Notes: generated by a model not told the origin, from the letters alone. A stretch of 53,467 nucleotides of DNA from Lachnospiraceae bacterium UBA1753 (GCA_002317595.1 DCHL01000103.1:1-53467); one strand, 5' to 3'; shown: positions 8,200 to 16,952, counted from the stretch's first letter. Translations and numbers: made by a program.

Positions 8200-8883
8200 A
8201 TGAATTCATTTAAAGTATCAAAATATATTCAGCTGGCTCTGACGATTCTTTTCGATATTGCCTTTTTCACAATTCTGATAGTCGAGCCTGCTCTTCGCTA
8301 TGCGGTCTTTTCTAACAGGTATCTTCTTACTCTCTGTATTATCATGTGGGCATTCAGCATCGTCACTCTTGCGTTTCTCGTATCTGACCTGCACAAGATT
8401 CTCGAGCTTGAGATTACGCACCACGAACTTAATAAGGAAGCATATCTTGATGACCTGACAGGCATACCCAACCGTCATTCACTTGATTCTGTATTTGATG
8501 AGTATGAATCTTCAGACTCCATTTCCAAACTGGGATGCGCCATTGTTAAACTATCCAACTTAATTGAAATCAACAACGATCTCGGACGCTCTTCCGGCGA
8601 TGAAGCAATTCGTGTCTTCTCAGACATTTTTGAGACAGCTGGAGAGAGCTATGGTTTCGTTGTCAGAAACGGTGGTAATGAATACCTCGCCGTAATAGAG
8701 GACTGCACAGACAGCCGCATGCAGGAATTCATCAAGGGGCTGAAGGCTGCCATTGAAGCCAACAATATGAACCGTGAGAACATCCAGCTGGAGATTGAGT
8801 ATGCGTACGTAATCAACTCCGACATAGAAGCTGACCACATGAGCGACCTTATTGGCGCTGCATATAAGAAACTGGGGGTTTAG
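8200..8883 (+). CDS. Membrane protein with degenerate GGDEF domain (GGNEY in place of GGDEF)
   Basis: About 3 N-terminal TM helices. DDLTGIPNRHSL is a typical GGDEF-domain start. The active-site loop reads VVRNGGNEYLAV, and the upstream metal-binding DxDxFK...GH region is also altered (VKLSNLIEINNDLGRSSGDEAI). Confidence 0.75.
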   Translation: MNSFKVSKYIQLALTILFDIAFFTILIVEPALRYAVFSNRYLLTLCIIMWAFSIVTLAFLVSDLHKILELEITHHELNKEAYLDDLTGIPNRHSLDSVFDEYESSDSISKLGCAIVKLSNLIEINNDLGRSSGDEAIRVFSDIFETAGESYGFVVRNGGNEYLAVIEDCTDSRMQEFIKGLKAAIEANNMNRENIQLEIEYAYVINSDIEADHMSDLIGAAYKKLGV

Positions 8884-8885
8884 CC

Positions 8886-9443
8886 TTGGCTGATATCAAT
8901 CATCTCTATCTCGGGATGCTTGTCCGTAAAGCTCAGGCCCATGACAGTAACGCCTTTGCGGAGCTATACGGACTCACCTACCAAAAACAGTATAATTATG
9001 CCTGTTACTACCTTAAGGACACTCATCTTGCACAGGACGCTGTACAGGAAGTGTATATTCACGTCCTTAAACACATTGGTGACATCAAGGACCCGAAGCT
9101 CTTTCTCGCCTGGCTCAATCAGATTACTTTCCACACCTGTTTTGATATGGCGAAAAAGCAGGACAAGCACTATGGGGAGATAAATCCTCTTGCACTTGAG
9201 CTCTCAGAGGATGATTACATCGACCACAACCCCGAGGCCCTCACCCAGAAACAGGATGAAATAGACCGTCTTAAGAAGGCAATCAATTCACTGCCAGCCC
9301 TCGAGCAGCAGATAATAGTACTTAAATTTTTTAACAACCTGACAATTGATGAAATTGTGCAGGCCACCGGAATCAGCAGAAGCACGATAAAGCGCCATCT
9401 AATCTCAGGAAAGGAACACCTGGCCACAGCAATGGCAACCTGA
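8886..9443 (+). CDS. Sigma-70 family (ECF-like) RNA polymerase sigma factor
   Basis: Region 2 (AFAELYGLTYQKQYNYACYYLKDTHLAQDAVQEVYIHVLKH) and region 4 HTH (LTIDEIVQATGISRSTIKRHL). The TTG start lies 2 nt after the GGDEF stop, with a GGGGG Shine-Dalgarno. An alternative ATG is at 8916. Confidence 0.85.
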   Translation: MADINHLYLGMLVRKAQAHDSNAFAELYGLTYQKQYNYACYYLKDTHLAQDAVQEVYIHVLKHIGDIKDPKLFLAWLNQITFHTCFDMAKKQDKHYGEINPLALELSEDDYIDHNPEALTQKQDEIDRLKKAINSLPALEQQIIVLKFFNNLTIDEIVQATGISRSTIKRHLISGKEHLATAMAT

Positions 9444-9485
9444 GACAGGCAAAAATCCCACTAACAGATTTCGGAGATATTTGGT

Positions 9486-9974
9486 ATGATATTTAATAAG
9501 AAAAATAATTTTGAACATAATCTGGATATGGCCCAGGCTGAAGAGATGCTGCAGAACGTATTTGCCGCTGCTGGAGAGTCGCCAAATACCATAATGCTCG
9601 ATAAGCTCATGCTGCGAAAGAAGGTTCAGACAAGAAGCATTATGACAGCTGGTGCAATCGGAATCATTGCAATGCTGCTTGTGTTATTCTCTCCCCTTGT
9701 ATTCCTAGTATCATATTCACGGATTACTGTTCCTGAAATTGAAGAAAACTATATGATAGGCGACACGCTTTATGTCATAATCAGCCCAGACAGTATAGGG
9801 ACCGACTACTATTCATCCTATGCGAAGGACGATTCCGGCAATACTGTTGCGCCATCTGAAATTGATGAGGAGACGCGGACACTGGCCTTCCCTGCCAGAA
9901 CCGGCTCTCTGAACATTTATATAATGAATTATTCAGGAAAAATCACTCATGCGATTTATACATCACTCAAATAG
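9486..9974 (+). CDS. Single-pass membrane protein, positional candidate anti-sigma factor
   Basis: GGAG lies 9 nt before the ATG. One TM helix (AGAIGIIAMLLVLFSPLVFLV) separates a 50-aa cytoplasmic N-terminus from a 90-aa extracytoplasmic C-terminus. There is no zinc anti-sigma motif, so the assignment rests on position only. Confidence 0.4.
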   Translation: MIFNKKNNFEHNLDMAQAEEMLQNVFAAAGESPNTIMLDKLMLRKKVQTRSIMTAGAIGIIAMLLVLFSPLVFLVSYSRITVPEIEENYMIGDTLYVIISPDSIGTDYYSSYAKDDSGNTVAPSEIDEETRTLAFPARTGSLNIYIMNYSGKITHAIYTSLK

Positions 9975-10890
9975 GTATATAATGTCTTTGTGCGGTTTAT
10001 TGTTGCTTGCCATGCTAATCTTTTCAGGCTGCGGCAGTACCGCCCATGAGAATCCTGACAAGAGCAGTCTTCCGCTGCGCCCATCAGTCCCTGTTGTACT
10101 GATTCCCACCGCGGATGGTACTAAGACTTTTGAGAATGCCAAAGTCAGAATTGATTATTCAAACTGCTCCGAAGGATATATCATCGCTTATTATATTGGC
10201 TCAAGCCAGAAGGCAAGATTACAGATTTCCGGCCCCGACCGCATCACATACACCTACATAATGCATGGCGGTCAGGAAGTATTCCCGCTCCCATCAGGCA
10301 GCGGCCAGTATGAGATTTCTGTGTATGAAAATATCCAGGATGACCAGTATGCAGCCATTCTCATGGAGTCCCTCGAGGTTTCCCTAAAGGATGACCACTC
10401 TGCCTTTCTCTATCCAAGCCAGTACGTCTGGTTTGACGAGTCCACAGAGGCTGTTAAGAAGGGTGAGGAACTGGCAACCGGTTGTCATGATGACCTTGAG
10501 GTTGTTGAGAAGGTGTACACTTTCGTCAAGGACAATATTACCTATGATGAAGAAAAGGCCAAGACAGTAAAGGCCGGATATCTTCCCGTAGTCGATGACG
10601 TTCTCTCCTCCGGGACAGGTATATGCTTTGATTACGCGGCTCTGATGGCAACTATGCTAAGGACTCAGCAGATTCCCACCAGACTCAACGTCGGTTATAC
10701 CGGAAGCGGAGTATACCATGCGTGGTTAAGTGTTTATATCACTGATACAGGCTGGGTTGATGGCTACATACAGTTTGATGGTAAGGACTGGGTACTGATG
10801 GACCCGACTTTCGCTGCATCCTTCGGATCGGAGCGACTACAGAAATATATCGGAGATAACAGCAATTATATTTTAAAATATACATATTAA
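9949..10890 (+). CDS. Transglutaminase-like cysteine peptidase-fold lipoprotein
   Basis: Lipobox IFSGC. Cys-His-Asp triad context is GICFDYAALMATMLRTQQIPTR, YHAWLSVY and LMDPT. It overlaps the preceding ORF by 26 nt; an alternative ATG is at 9982. Confidence 0.75.
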   Translation: MRFIHHSNRYIMSLCGLLLLAMLIFSGCGSTAHENPDKSSLPLRPSVPVVLIPTADGTKTFENAKVRIDYSNCSEGYIIAYYIGSSQKARLQISGPDRITYTYIMHGGQEVFPLPSGSGQYEISVYENIQDDQYAAILMESLEVSLKDDHSAFLYPSQYVWFDESTEAVKKGEELATGCHDDLEVVEKVYTFVKDNITYDEEKAKTVKAGYLPVVDDVLSSGTGICFDYAALMATMLRTQQIPTRLNVGYTGSGVYHAWLSVYITDTGWVDGYIQFDGKDWVLMDPTFAASFGSERLQKYIGDNSNYILKYTY

Positions 10891-10899
10891 GGAGACATT

Positions 10900-11955
10900 A
10901 TGAATCAGATTAAGGCAAGCAATCCTCTGTCAAATCATGAAATATCAACATTTGCCAGTCAGATGGGTATGATGCTTTCAGCAGGAATCACGGTCGATGA
11001 AGCACTTAGACTTCTAGAGACTGACTCCGAGACTGCAGAAGGCCGTAATCTCATCAAGGGCATTTATGAGACACTCGAGGATGGCAATTCCCTCTATACC
11101 TCCATGTCAGAATCGGGGCTTTTCCCCAAGTATGTTCTTGATATGGTGAATATCGGTGAACAGACTGGTAACCTGGACAATGTTTTTTCTTCGCTTTCTG
11201 AATATTATGAGCGTGAGGAATCCATAGCTGAGGGAATCAAGCAGGCGGTTACATATCCCTTTATCATGATTGTGATGATGCTCTGTGTTATCCTTGTACT
11301 CATGATTAAGGTTCTCCCGATATTTGAGCAGGTTTATGAGCAGCTCGGAACCAGCATGACTGGTATTTCAGCATCAATCCTGAACCTCGGCCAGTCGATG
11401 GGAAGATATTCAGCCGTATTTGTCGTTGTCTTTGTTCTTCTCATTGCAGCATTCTTCTATTTCACAAAGACAGAAAAGGGTAAGCTAAATCTTGAGAAGT
11501 TTGCTTCTTCATTTGTTCTTACCAGAAATCTCTACGACAAAATTGCTGCCGGTCATTTCGCAAGCGGTCTTGCACTTGCCATTGGCTCTGGATTTACAAC
11601 AGAGGAAGCCATTGAGATGGTTGAGCAGCTCATAACCAATGAGCAGTATAAAAATAAAATCAAGAAGTGCCGTGAGATGATGGACGATGGGGTTGTCTTT
11701 GCTGATGCGGTTGTTCAGTCAGACATCTTTTCTGGTTCTTATGGCCGTATGGTTTCAATAGGATTTAAGAGTGGTCAGCTCGACCGCGTAATGTCAAAGG
11801 TTGCAACCCGTTACGAGCTTGAAGTGGACAGGGAGATTGGACATTTTGTATCCATCCTCGAGCCTACTCTCGTTGCCATTCTTTCAATCGTAGTTGGTAT
11901 GATTCTGCTGTCAGTAATGCTTCCCCTTATGGGAATTATGAGTTCAATAGGATAA
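10900..11955 (+). CDS. GspF/PilC/ComGB-family platform protein of a type II secretion / type IV pilus-like machine
   Basis: AAGGAG precedes the ATG. 351 aa with two repeated T2SSF-like halves (SAGITVDEALRLL..., SGFTTEEAIEMV...) and three TM segments. Confidence 0.85.
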   Translation: MNQIKASNPLSNHEISTFASQMGMMLSAGITVDEALRLLETDSETAEGRNLIKGIYETLEDGNSLYTSMSESGLFPKYVLDMVNIGEQTGNLDNVFSSLSEYYEREESIAEGIKQAVTYPFIMIVMMLCVILVLMIKVLPIFEQVYEQLGTSMTGISASILNLGQSMGRYSAVFVVVFVLLIAAFFYFTKTEKGKLNLEKFASSFVLTRNLYDKIAAGHFASGLALAIGSGFTTEEAIEMVEQLITNEQYKNKIKKCREMMDDGVVFADAVVQSDIFSGSYGRMVSIGFKSGQLDRVMSKVATRYELEVDREIGHFVSILEPTLVAILSIVVGMILLSVMLPLMGIMSSIG

Positions 11956-11962
11956 ACAGTAC

Positions 11963-12295
11963 ATGAGACGAAACAGGTTAAAAAAAGAAAAACCAAATAT
12001 CGCTTTTGCTGTTGTCTTTCCTCTTGTTACGTTTGTCGTGATCTTTGCCATGTTCTATTATGGCATCACTCAGCTCTCTGAAGCATCTGACCGCCAGCAG
12101 CTCGAAGGTCTACAGACGACCATTGAGCGCGACATCGTACACTGCTATGCTTCAGAAGGAGAATATCCTCCAAGCCTTGAGTATCTTGAGGAAAATTACG
12201 GTCTCACATACGACCACAGCAAATATTTTGTAGATTATCAGCCGGTGGGTACAAATATCCTTCCGGATGTTACTGTGATGGAGGTTTCCAAATGA
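11963..12295 (+). CDS. Small membrane-anchored protein (110 aa), pseudopilin-position gene
   Basis: The basic leader MRRNRLKKEKPNIAF is followed by one hydrophobic helix. The leader resembles that of ORF 13415. No canonical G-FTLxE motif. Confidence 0.5.
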   Translation: MRRNRLKKEKPNIAFAVVFPLVTFVVIFAMFYYGITQLSEASDRQQLEGLQTTIERDIVHCYASEGEYPPSLEYLEENYGLTYDHSKYFVDYQPVGTNILPDVTVMEVSK

Positions 12296-12807
12296 GAGAA
12301 CAGGAAAATAACCACATCATAGATCTGCTCTTCACGCTTACACTGTTCGGTGTCTTTGCGGCATCGGCGCTCCTCGTCGTGATCTTTGGTGCAAGAATAT
12401 ATGAGAATACAGCTTCAAGTATGAACAGAAACTTCACATCACGAACTGCAGTATCATATATCACTGAAAAGCTTCGCCAGAGAGATGTCATTGGAGCTGC
12501 TGATATCACAGACATTGAAGGGATTCCCGCCATCACACTGGTCAAGCAGTATGATTCAACCACCGTGTATACCTACATCTATGCAGACGAAGGGTACCTT
12601 AAGGAGGTTACGGTCACAGGTGATGTCACTCCCACAGCTGCATCAGGCCAGAAAATTATGGCTCTTGATCAGTTCTCTGTCCAGGAAATAGCAGAGGGCG
12701 TTTACTATGTAACTATTGTTGACACAGATGGCAACCACGAGGCTACGTATATCGCCACGAAATGTGATCCTGATTTACGTGGAGCCGCAATGGCTGCGCC
12801 AGAATAG
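12292..12807 (+). CDS. Small membrane-anchored protein (171 aa), DUF4860-like by recollection
   Basis: GGAGG precedes the ATG, with a 4-nt overlap with the upstream ORF. The N-terminal hydrophobic segment is IIDLLFTLTLFGVFAASALLVVIF. Confidence 0.5.
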   Translation: MREQENNHIIDLLFTLTLFGVFAASALLVVIFGARIYENTASSMNRNFTSRTAVSYITEKLRQRDVIGAADITDIEGIPAITLVKQYDSTTVYTYIYADEGYLKEVTVTGDVTPTAASGQKIMALDQFSVQEIAEGVYYVTIVDTDGNHEATYIATKCDPDLRGAAMAAPE

Positions 12808-12818
12808 AGGGAGGTATT

Positions 12819-13418
12819 ATGAACAAATCAAAATCAAGCCTCTTCCTCATGGAACTCATTCTGACCATTCTGGTGTTCTCTATTGCAAGTGCAGTGTGTA
12901 TCCAGATTTTTGTCAAGGCTCATCTGCTCAGCGAGAAGACACAGACACTTAACGAGGCTGTTACGCTGTGCACCAGCTGTGCTGAGCTGTTTTACGGCTT
13001 CGATGGGGATCTGGTAAAAATTAAAAACGAGCTCGATATCAGCAATATGGCAGTAGCTGAATCTTCATCTCTTACTTTGTACTATGATGAGAACTACTCC
13101 CTTGTATATCCTGAAGAGGGAAAGTATACACTTAAGCTTATTAACTCGACAGAAGGAAATATGCTGACCTGCAACATTGCCTTCACAGACATTGTTTCTT
13201 CAGAGTGTATTTATACTGTACCCTGCAGCCTGTATATCAGGCCCGCTGCTCCAGCCACAGATGACATGATGCTCCCCGACGCGGGTGTGCTCCCTAATGC
13301 AGGCGTTCTCCCCGACGCGGGTGTGCTCCCTGATGCAGGCGTTCTCCCTGACGCGGGTGTGCTCCCTGATGCAGGTGTTCTTCCTGAAGGAGATGTTATT
13401 GTAGGAGGTGCGCTATGA
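12819..13418 (+). CDS. Prepilin-like protein (199 aa) with C-terminal LPDAGV hexapeptide repeats
   Basis: AGGGAGG precedes the ATG. MNKSKSS-LFLMELILTILVFSIAS resembles the class III signal (short basic leader, hydrophobic helix, Glu at +5) but has Ser instead of Gly at -1. Seven hexapeptide repeats lie at the C-terminus. Confidence 0.6.
   Translation: MNKSKSSLFLMELILTILVFSIASAVCIQIFVKAHLLSEKTQTLNEAVTLCTSCAELFYGFDGDLVKIKNELDISNMAVAESSSLTLYYDENYSLVYPEEGKYTLKLINSTEGNMLTCNIAFTDIVSSECIYTVPCSLYIRPAAPATDDMMLPDAGVLPNAGVLPDAGVLPDAGVLPDAGVLPDAGVLPEGDVIVGGAL
13272..13397 (+). repeat. In-frame tandem repeat, 7 x 18 nt (effective 36-nt period) encoding LPDAGV-type hexapeptides
   Basis: Units alternate between CTCCCCGACGCGGGTGTG and CTCCCTGATGCAGGCGTT, which are two synonymous spellings of the same peptide. 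The last unit is degenerate (LPEGDV). Confidence 0.9.
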
Positions 13419-13828
13419 GTGAGAACAGATTAAAGAAAAAGGGACCGCAGATTGGTCTGAACATTGGTGCATCCTCTATCCTTGTAGTATTCATCGTTCT
13501 CTGCCTTGTAACATTTGCCGTTCTTTCGCTTGTCAGCGCAAATGCAGATTACAAGCTTTCAAAGAGAGTGGCTGACAGAACTACTTCATATTATCTTGCA
13601 ACTTCTGAAGCACAGAAGCAGCTGGGTGAGATGGCCGATGCTCCAAGGGATATGGAAGAGATAGCTGATTTTTCAGTACCTATCAGTGATACTCAGTCAA
13701 TACATGTTATTGCCAAGCTTCCTCCATCAATGTTTGCCAATCAGATGGAAATTCTCTCCTGGAAGATTGATAACACAGGCAACTGGGAAGCTGATGATAC
13801 GGTCGAAATCTACAAACAGAATCAGTAA
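13415..13828 (+). CDS. Small membrane-anchored protein (137 aa), pseudopilin-position gene
   Basis: AGGAGG precedes the ATG, with a 4-nt overlap with the upstream ORF. The leader MSENRLKKKGPQIGL is followed by the hydrophobic helix SSILVVFIVLCLVTFAVLSLV. Confidence 0.5.
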   Translation: MSENRLKKKGPQIGLNIGASSILVVFIVLCLVTFAVLSLVSANADYKLSKRVADRTTSYYLATSEAQKQLGEMADAPRDMEEIADFSVPISDTQSIHVIAKLPPSMFANQMEILSWKIDNTGNWEADDTVEIYKQNQ

Positions 13829-13841
13829 GCTGATAACTTAT

Positions 13842-13871
13842 AGTCGGTCTTTTTCAAGACCGACTTTTTAA
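13842..13871 (+). terminator. Rho-independent terminator ending the sigma/GspF/pilin-like operon
   Basis: AGTCGGTC-TTTTTCAA-GACCGACT followed by TTTTTA. Confidence 0.7.
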
Positions 13872-13900
13872 GTATATAACCATACAACGGAGGATTCAGA

Positions 13901-15997
13901 ATGAAAATAAGGACAGAAAATAAAAATCCTGCAAAAAGATGTAAGAAGCATCTGGTGCTTCTTGTTGTAATATCACTGCTGCTCTCTATTTTTTTGACAG
14001 GCTGCAGCGATGAAGACGAGGAATACTCTGACGCATCTGTCACAGGCTCGTACGTGGAAACAGATAAGGACGAAGATGATGCTGATGCGGATAATGCTTC
14101 CCCAAAGGACTACAGCAACAAAAAGGGTGATACTGAAGCCTCTAATTTTACTCTCATGATATATATGTGCGGTTCCGATCTTGAGTCGGAAGATGGTGCT
14201 GCCACAATGGATATCATGGAGATGATGGAGGCCCAGCAGAGCGATTCCCTTAATATAGTCATTGAAACCGGTGGTGCTACAGAATGGCAGAACTCAATAG
14301 TTGAGGGTAATACAGTTCAAAGATATCAGCTTGTTGGCGATGATCTCCAGCTTCTTGAGGATAGGGGCAAAAAGCAGATTACTGACGGTAACGAGCTTGC
14401 TGACTTCATTAATTTTTCAACATCAAATTTCCCTGCTGACCGATATGGAATCATTTTCTGGGATCACGGCGGCGGAACTGTTGGTGGATACGGCTCTGAC
14501 CTGCTGTATGACGAAAGCTCAATGAGCATTTCCGATCTTGCAGCATCGGTTGGATCTACGGGCACTCATTTCGATTTAATCGGCTTTGACTGCTGCCTTA
14601 TGGCTACTGCCGAGAATGCATATGCACTTTCTCCCTATGGAGACTATCTGATTGCTTCAGAGGAGTCCGAGCCTGGCACAGGCTGGTATTATACAACATT
14701 CATCGATATGCTTGCTTCTAATCCAGGTATTTCTATTCCAAAGCTTGGAAAGACAATGATTGAGGATTACATTTCTCCAAGTAATACTAATGTAAGTTCC
14801 GGTGTAACTCTGTCTCTCATTGACCTTGGCCAGATGAATAATCTCATGGAAGCATATTATTCATATCTCGGTAGTTCAGAGCAGGCACTTCTCGATGGTG
14901 ATTTCTCAAGGATTTCCAATGCAAGAAGTGATTCACGAAGTTATGGTGATGGCGATTTTGAGCAGATTGACCTTCAGGACTTTGTTGAGAAATCTGCGCT
15001 CTCTGGAGCAGATGAACTTGTGAATGCAATCAGCGATGCAGTACTCATCAACGGAACTAATATGGCTGGTTCAAACGGTATTGCAATCTACTTCCCATAT
15101 AAATACTCAGAGTATTATACCCAGATATCGCTGATTACAGACGAGGCTGGTCTTGATAATGATAATTACAAGACATTCTTCAATGATTTCGTAACTGTCA
15201 TGACAGGAGGTCAGGCAAGCGGCGGTGGCAATTCCAACCCGTACTATTCTGAGGATTCCGAGGCTGTCGACTATACTCAGACAGAGGGTGAGACCTGGTA
15301 CGATGAAGATATTGCAGACACATATGCAGACAGCTATTCATATGTCGACTCTGACGAGCTTGAAATCACTGAAAAGGGTGATGGTTATGTACTTCAGCTC
15401 TCTGAGGACGATTGGGAACTTGTCACTGATATAGATATGGAAGTATATGTTGATGATGGCGAAGGCCATCTCGCTCTTGGATGGGACGATTCCTATGAGT
15501 TTGACGACGATGGAGACCTTATTGTTGATTTCAACTATCAGTGGATGGCACTGAACGGTATGTATGTTCCATACTATTTCTTCGAACAGGGTGAATACAC
15601 CGACGGCACCAGCTACAGCCTTGGCTATGCAGCCGCAACATTAAATGACGAAAAAGACATTCGTATCTGGGTTATTTATGACTGGGAGGAAAATACTCTT
15701 GATGTCCTGGGCTACACTCCTGACATAAATTATGAGGATGGATTCTCTGTTGCCAGCAAGGGATATAAGGATTTCAAGGATGGTGACAGAATTGATTTCT
15801 ACTTTGATTACTACGATTACGACGGAGAATATCAGGACGGGTTTATGCTTGATGACAACTATATTATTTATAGTGATTCAGAAGGACTTACTGCTTCATA
15901 CGAGGATATCGGAGAACTTGATACACAGATCTGCTTCCACCTTACCGATATCTATGGAAACGAATACTGGACCGAAGCACTTAATCTTTCCATGTAA
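13901..15997 (+). CDS. Clostripain-related (peptidase family C11) cysteine peptidase lipoprotein
   Basis: Lipobox LTGC. FTLMIYMCGSDLES. The catalytic His is in IIFWDHGGG and the catalytic Cys in GFDCCLMAT. The linker and C-terminal region are Asp/Glu/Tyr-rich. Confidence 0.85.
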   Translation: MKIRTENKNPAKRCKKHLVLLVVISLLLSIFLTGCSDEDEEYSDASVTGSYVETDKDEDDADADNASPKDYSNKKGDTEASNFTLMIYMCGSDLESEDGAATMDIMEMMEAQQSDSLNIVIETGGATEWQNSIVEGNTVQRYQLVGDDLQLLEDRGKKQITDGNELADFINFSTSNFPADRYGIIFWDHGGGTVGGYGSDLLYDESSMSISDLAASVGSTGTHFDLIGFDCCLMATAENAYALSPYGDYLIASEESEPGTGWYYTTFIDMLASNPGISIPKLGKTMIEDYISPSNTNVSSGVTLSLIDLGQMNNLMEAYYSYLGSSEQALLDGDFSRISNARSDSRSYGDGDFEQIDLQDFVEKSALSGADELVNAISDAVLINGTNMAGSNGIAIYFPYKYSEYYTQISLITDEAGLDNDNYKTFFNDFVTVMTGGQASGGGNSNPYYSEDSEAVDYTQTEGETWYDEDIADTYADSYSYVDSDELEITEKGDGYVLQLSEDDWELVTDIDMEVYVDDGEGHLALGWDDSYEFDDDGDLIVDFNYQWMALNGMYVPYYFFEQGEYTDGTSYSLGYAAATLNDEKDIRIWVIYDWEENTLDVLGYTPDINYEDGFSVASKGYKDFKDGDRIDFYFDYYDYDGEYQDGFMLDDNYIIYSDSEGLTASYEDIGELDTQICFHLTDIYGNEYWTEALNLSM

Positions 15998-16063
15998 TAG
16001 GATGTGTGCTAAAATAATTTTTGGTGTTTAACCACAATACTTAAGAAGGGATATGAGGGACCT

Positions 16064-16903
16064 ATGTACGAACCTATGAACGGACCTGCAAAGCTTACCG
16101 ACATATTTATTGCCGCCGGTGAGAATAAGGCCAAAACAGCTTATTTCAAATTTTTTATCTTAACCATAATGGCAGGAGCATTTATTGCTTTCGGTGGTGC
16201 ATGCAGCTCGCTTGCAGCCCATGCTGTCGAGAATCCCGGACTTGCAAAGCTTGTATCCGGATGCATCTTCCCCTGTGGTCTGATGCTTATCGTGTTCATC
16301 GGAGGTGAGCTCTTTACAGGTGACTGCCTCATGATAATGGGATGCATAGAGAAAAAATATAGTGCACTCACAATGACCACAAGACTTGCAATCGTTCTTG
16401 CAGGCAATTTCGTTGGAGCAATCATTGTAGTACTTCTTGTATATTACAGTGGACAGTACAACATGGGAGCAGGTGCTCTTGGCGCTTATACAATCAAGGT
16501 TGCTTACGGTAAATGCACACTTAAATTTGGTGCTGCTGTTTGTTCAGGTATCCTGTGTAACGTCCTTGTATGTGCGGCAGTTCTCATGGGCGCAGCAGCC
16601 AAGGATGCAGGGGGAAAGGTCCTTGCCATCTTCTTCCCCATCATGACATTCGTTGTCGGCGGATTTGAGCACTGCGTTGCAAATATGTACTACATTCCTG
16701 CCGGACTCATCGCAGCAACCAATGAGACCTATGCTGCAAAAGCCATGGAACTCTACGGGCTTACTGCTGAGCAGCTTGCGCAGATCAATGTTTATAATTT
16801 CTGTGTTACCAATCTCATTCCTGTTGTTATCGGTAATGTACTTGGTGGAATGGTGTTCATCGCACTTCCCCTCTACCTTACAACCAAGACCAAGAATCAG
16901 TAA
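16064..16903 (+). CDS. focA: Formate/nitrite transporter family channel (FocA-like)
   Basis: 279 aa with six TM helices. FNT signatures are GGELFTG and GGFEHCVANMYYIP. Confidence 0.9.
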   Translation: MYEPMNGPAKLTDIFIAAGENKAKTAYFKFFILTIMAGAFIAFGGACSSLAAHAVENPGLAKLVSGCIFPCGLMLIVFIGGELFTGDCLMIMGCIEKKYSALTMTTRLAIVLAGNFVGAIIVVLLVYYSGQYNMGAGALGAYTIKVAYGKCTLKFGAAVCSGILCNVLVCAAVLMGAAAKDAGGKVLAIFFPIMTFVVGGFEHCVANMYYIPAGLIAATNETYAAKAMELYGLTAEQLAQINVYNFCVTNLIPVVIGNVLGGMVFIALPLYLTTKTKNQ

Positions 16904-16918
16904 TTTTCTCGAAATACT

Positions 16919-16952
16919 GGCTGTCGCATATAATATGCGGCAGCCTTTTTTT
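16919..16952. terminator. Terminator hairpin after focA
   Basis: GGCTGTCGCATA-TAAT-ATGCGGCAGCC followed by TTTTTTT. Confidence 0.8.

Noticed and set aside
13272-13397. The short tandem repeats as a possible CRISPR or other non-coding array.
   Set aside because: The units are contiguous with no spacers, are in frame within a supported ORF, and no cas genes are present.
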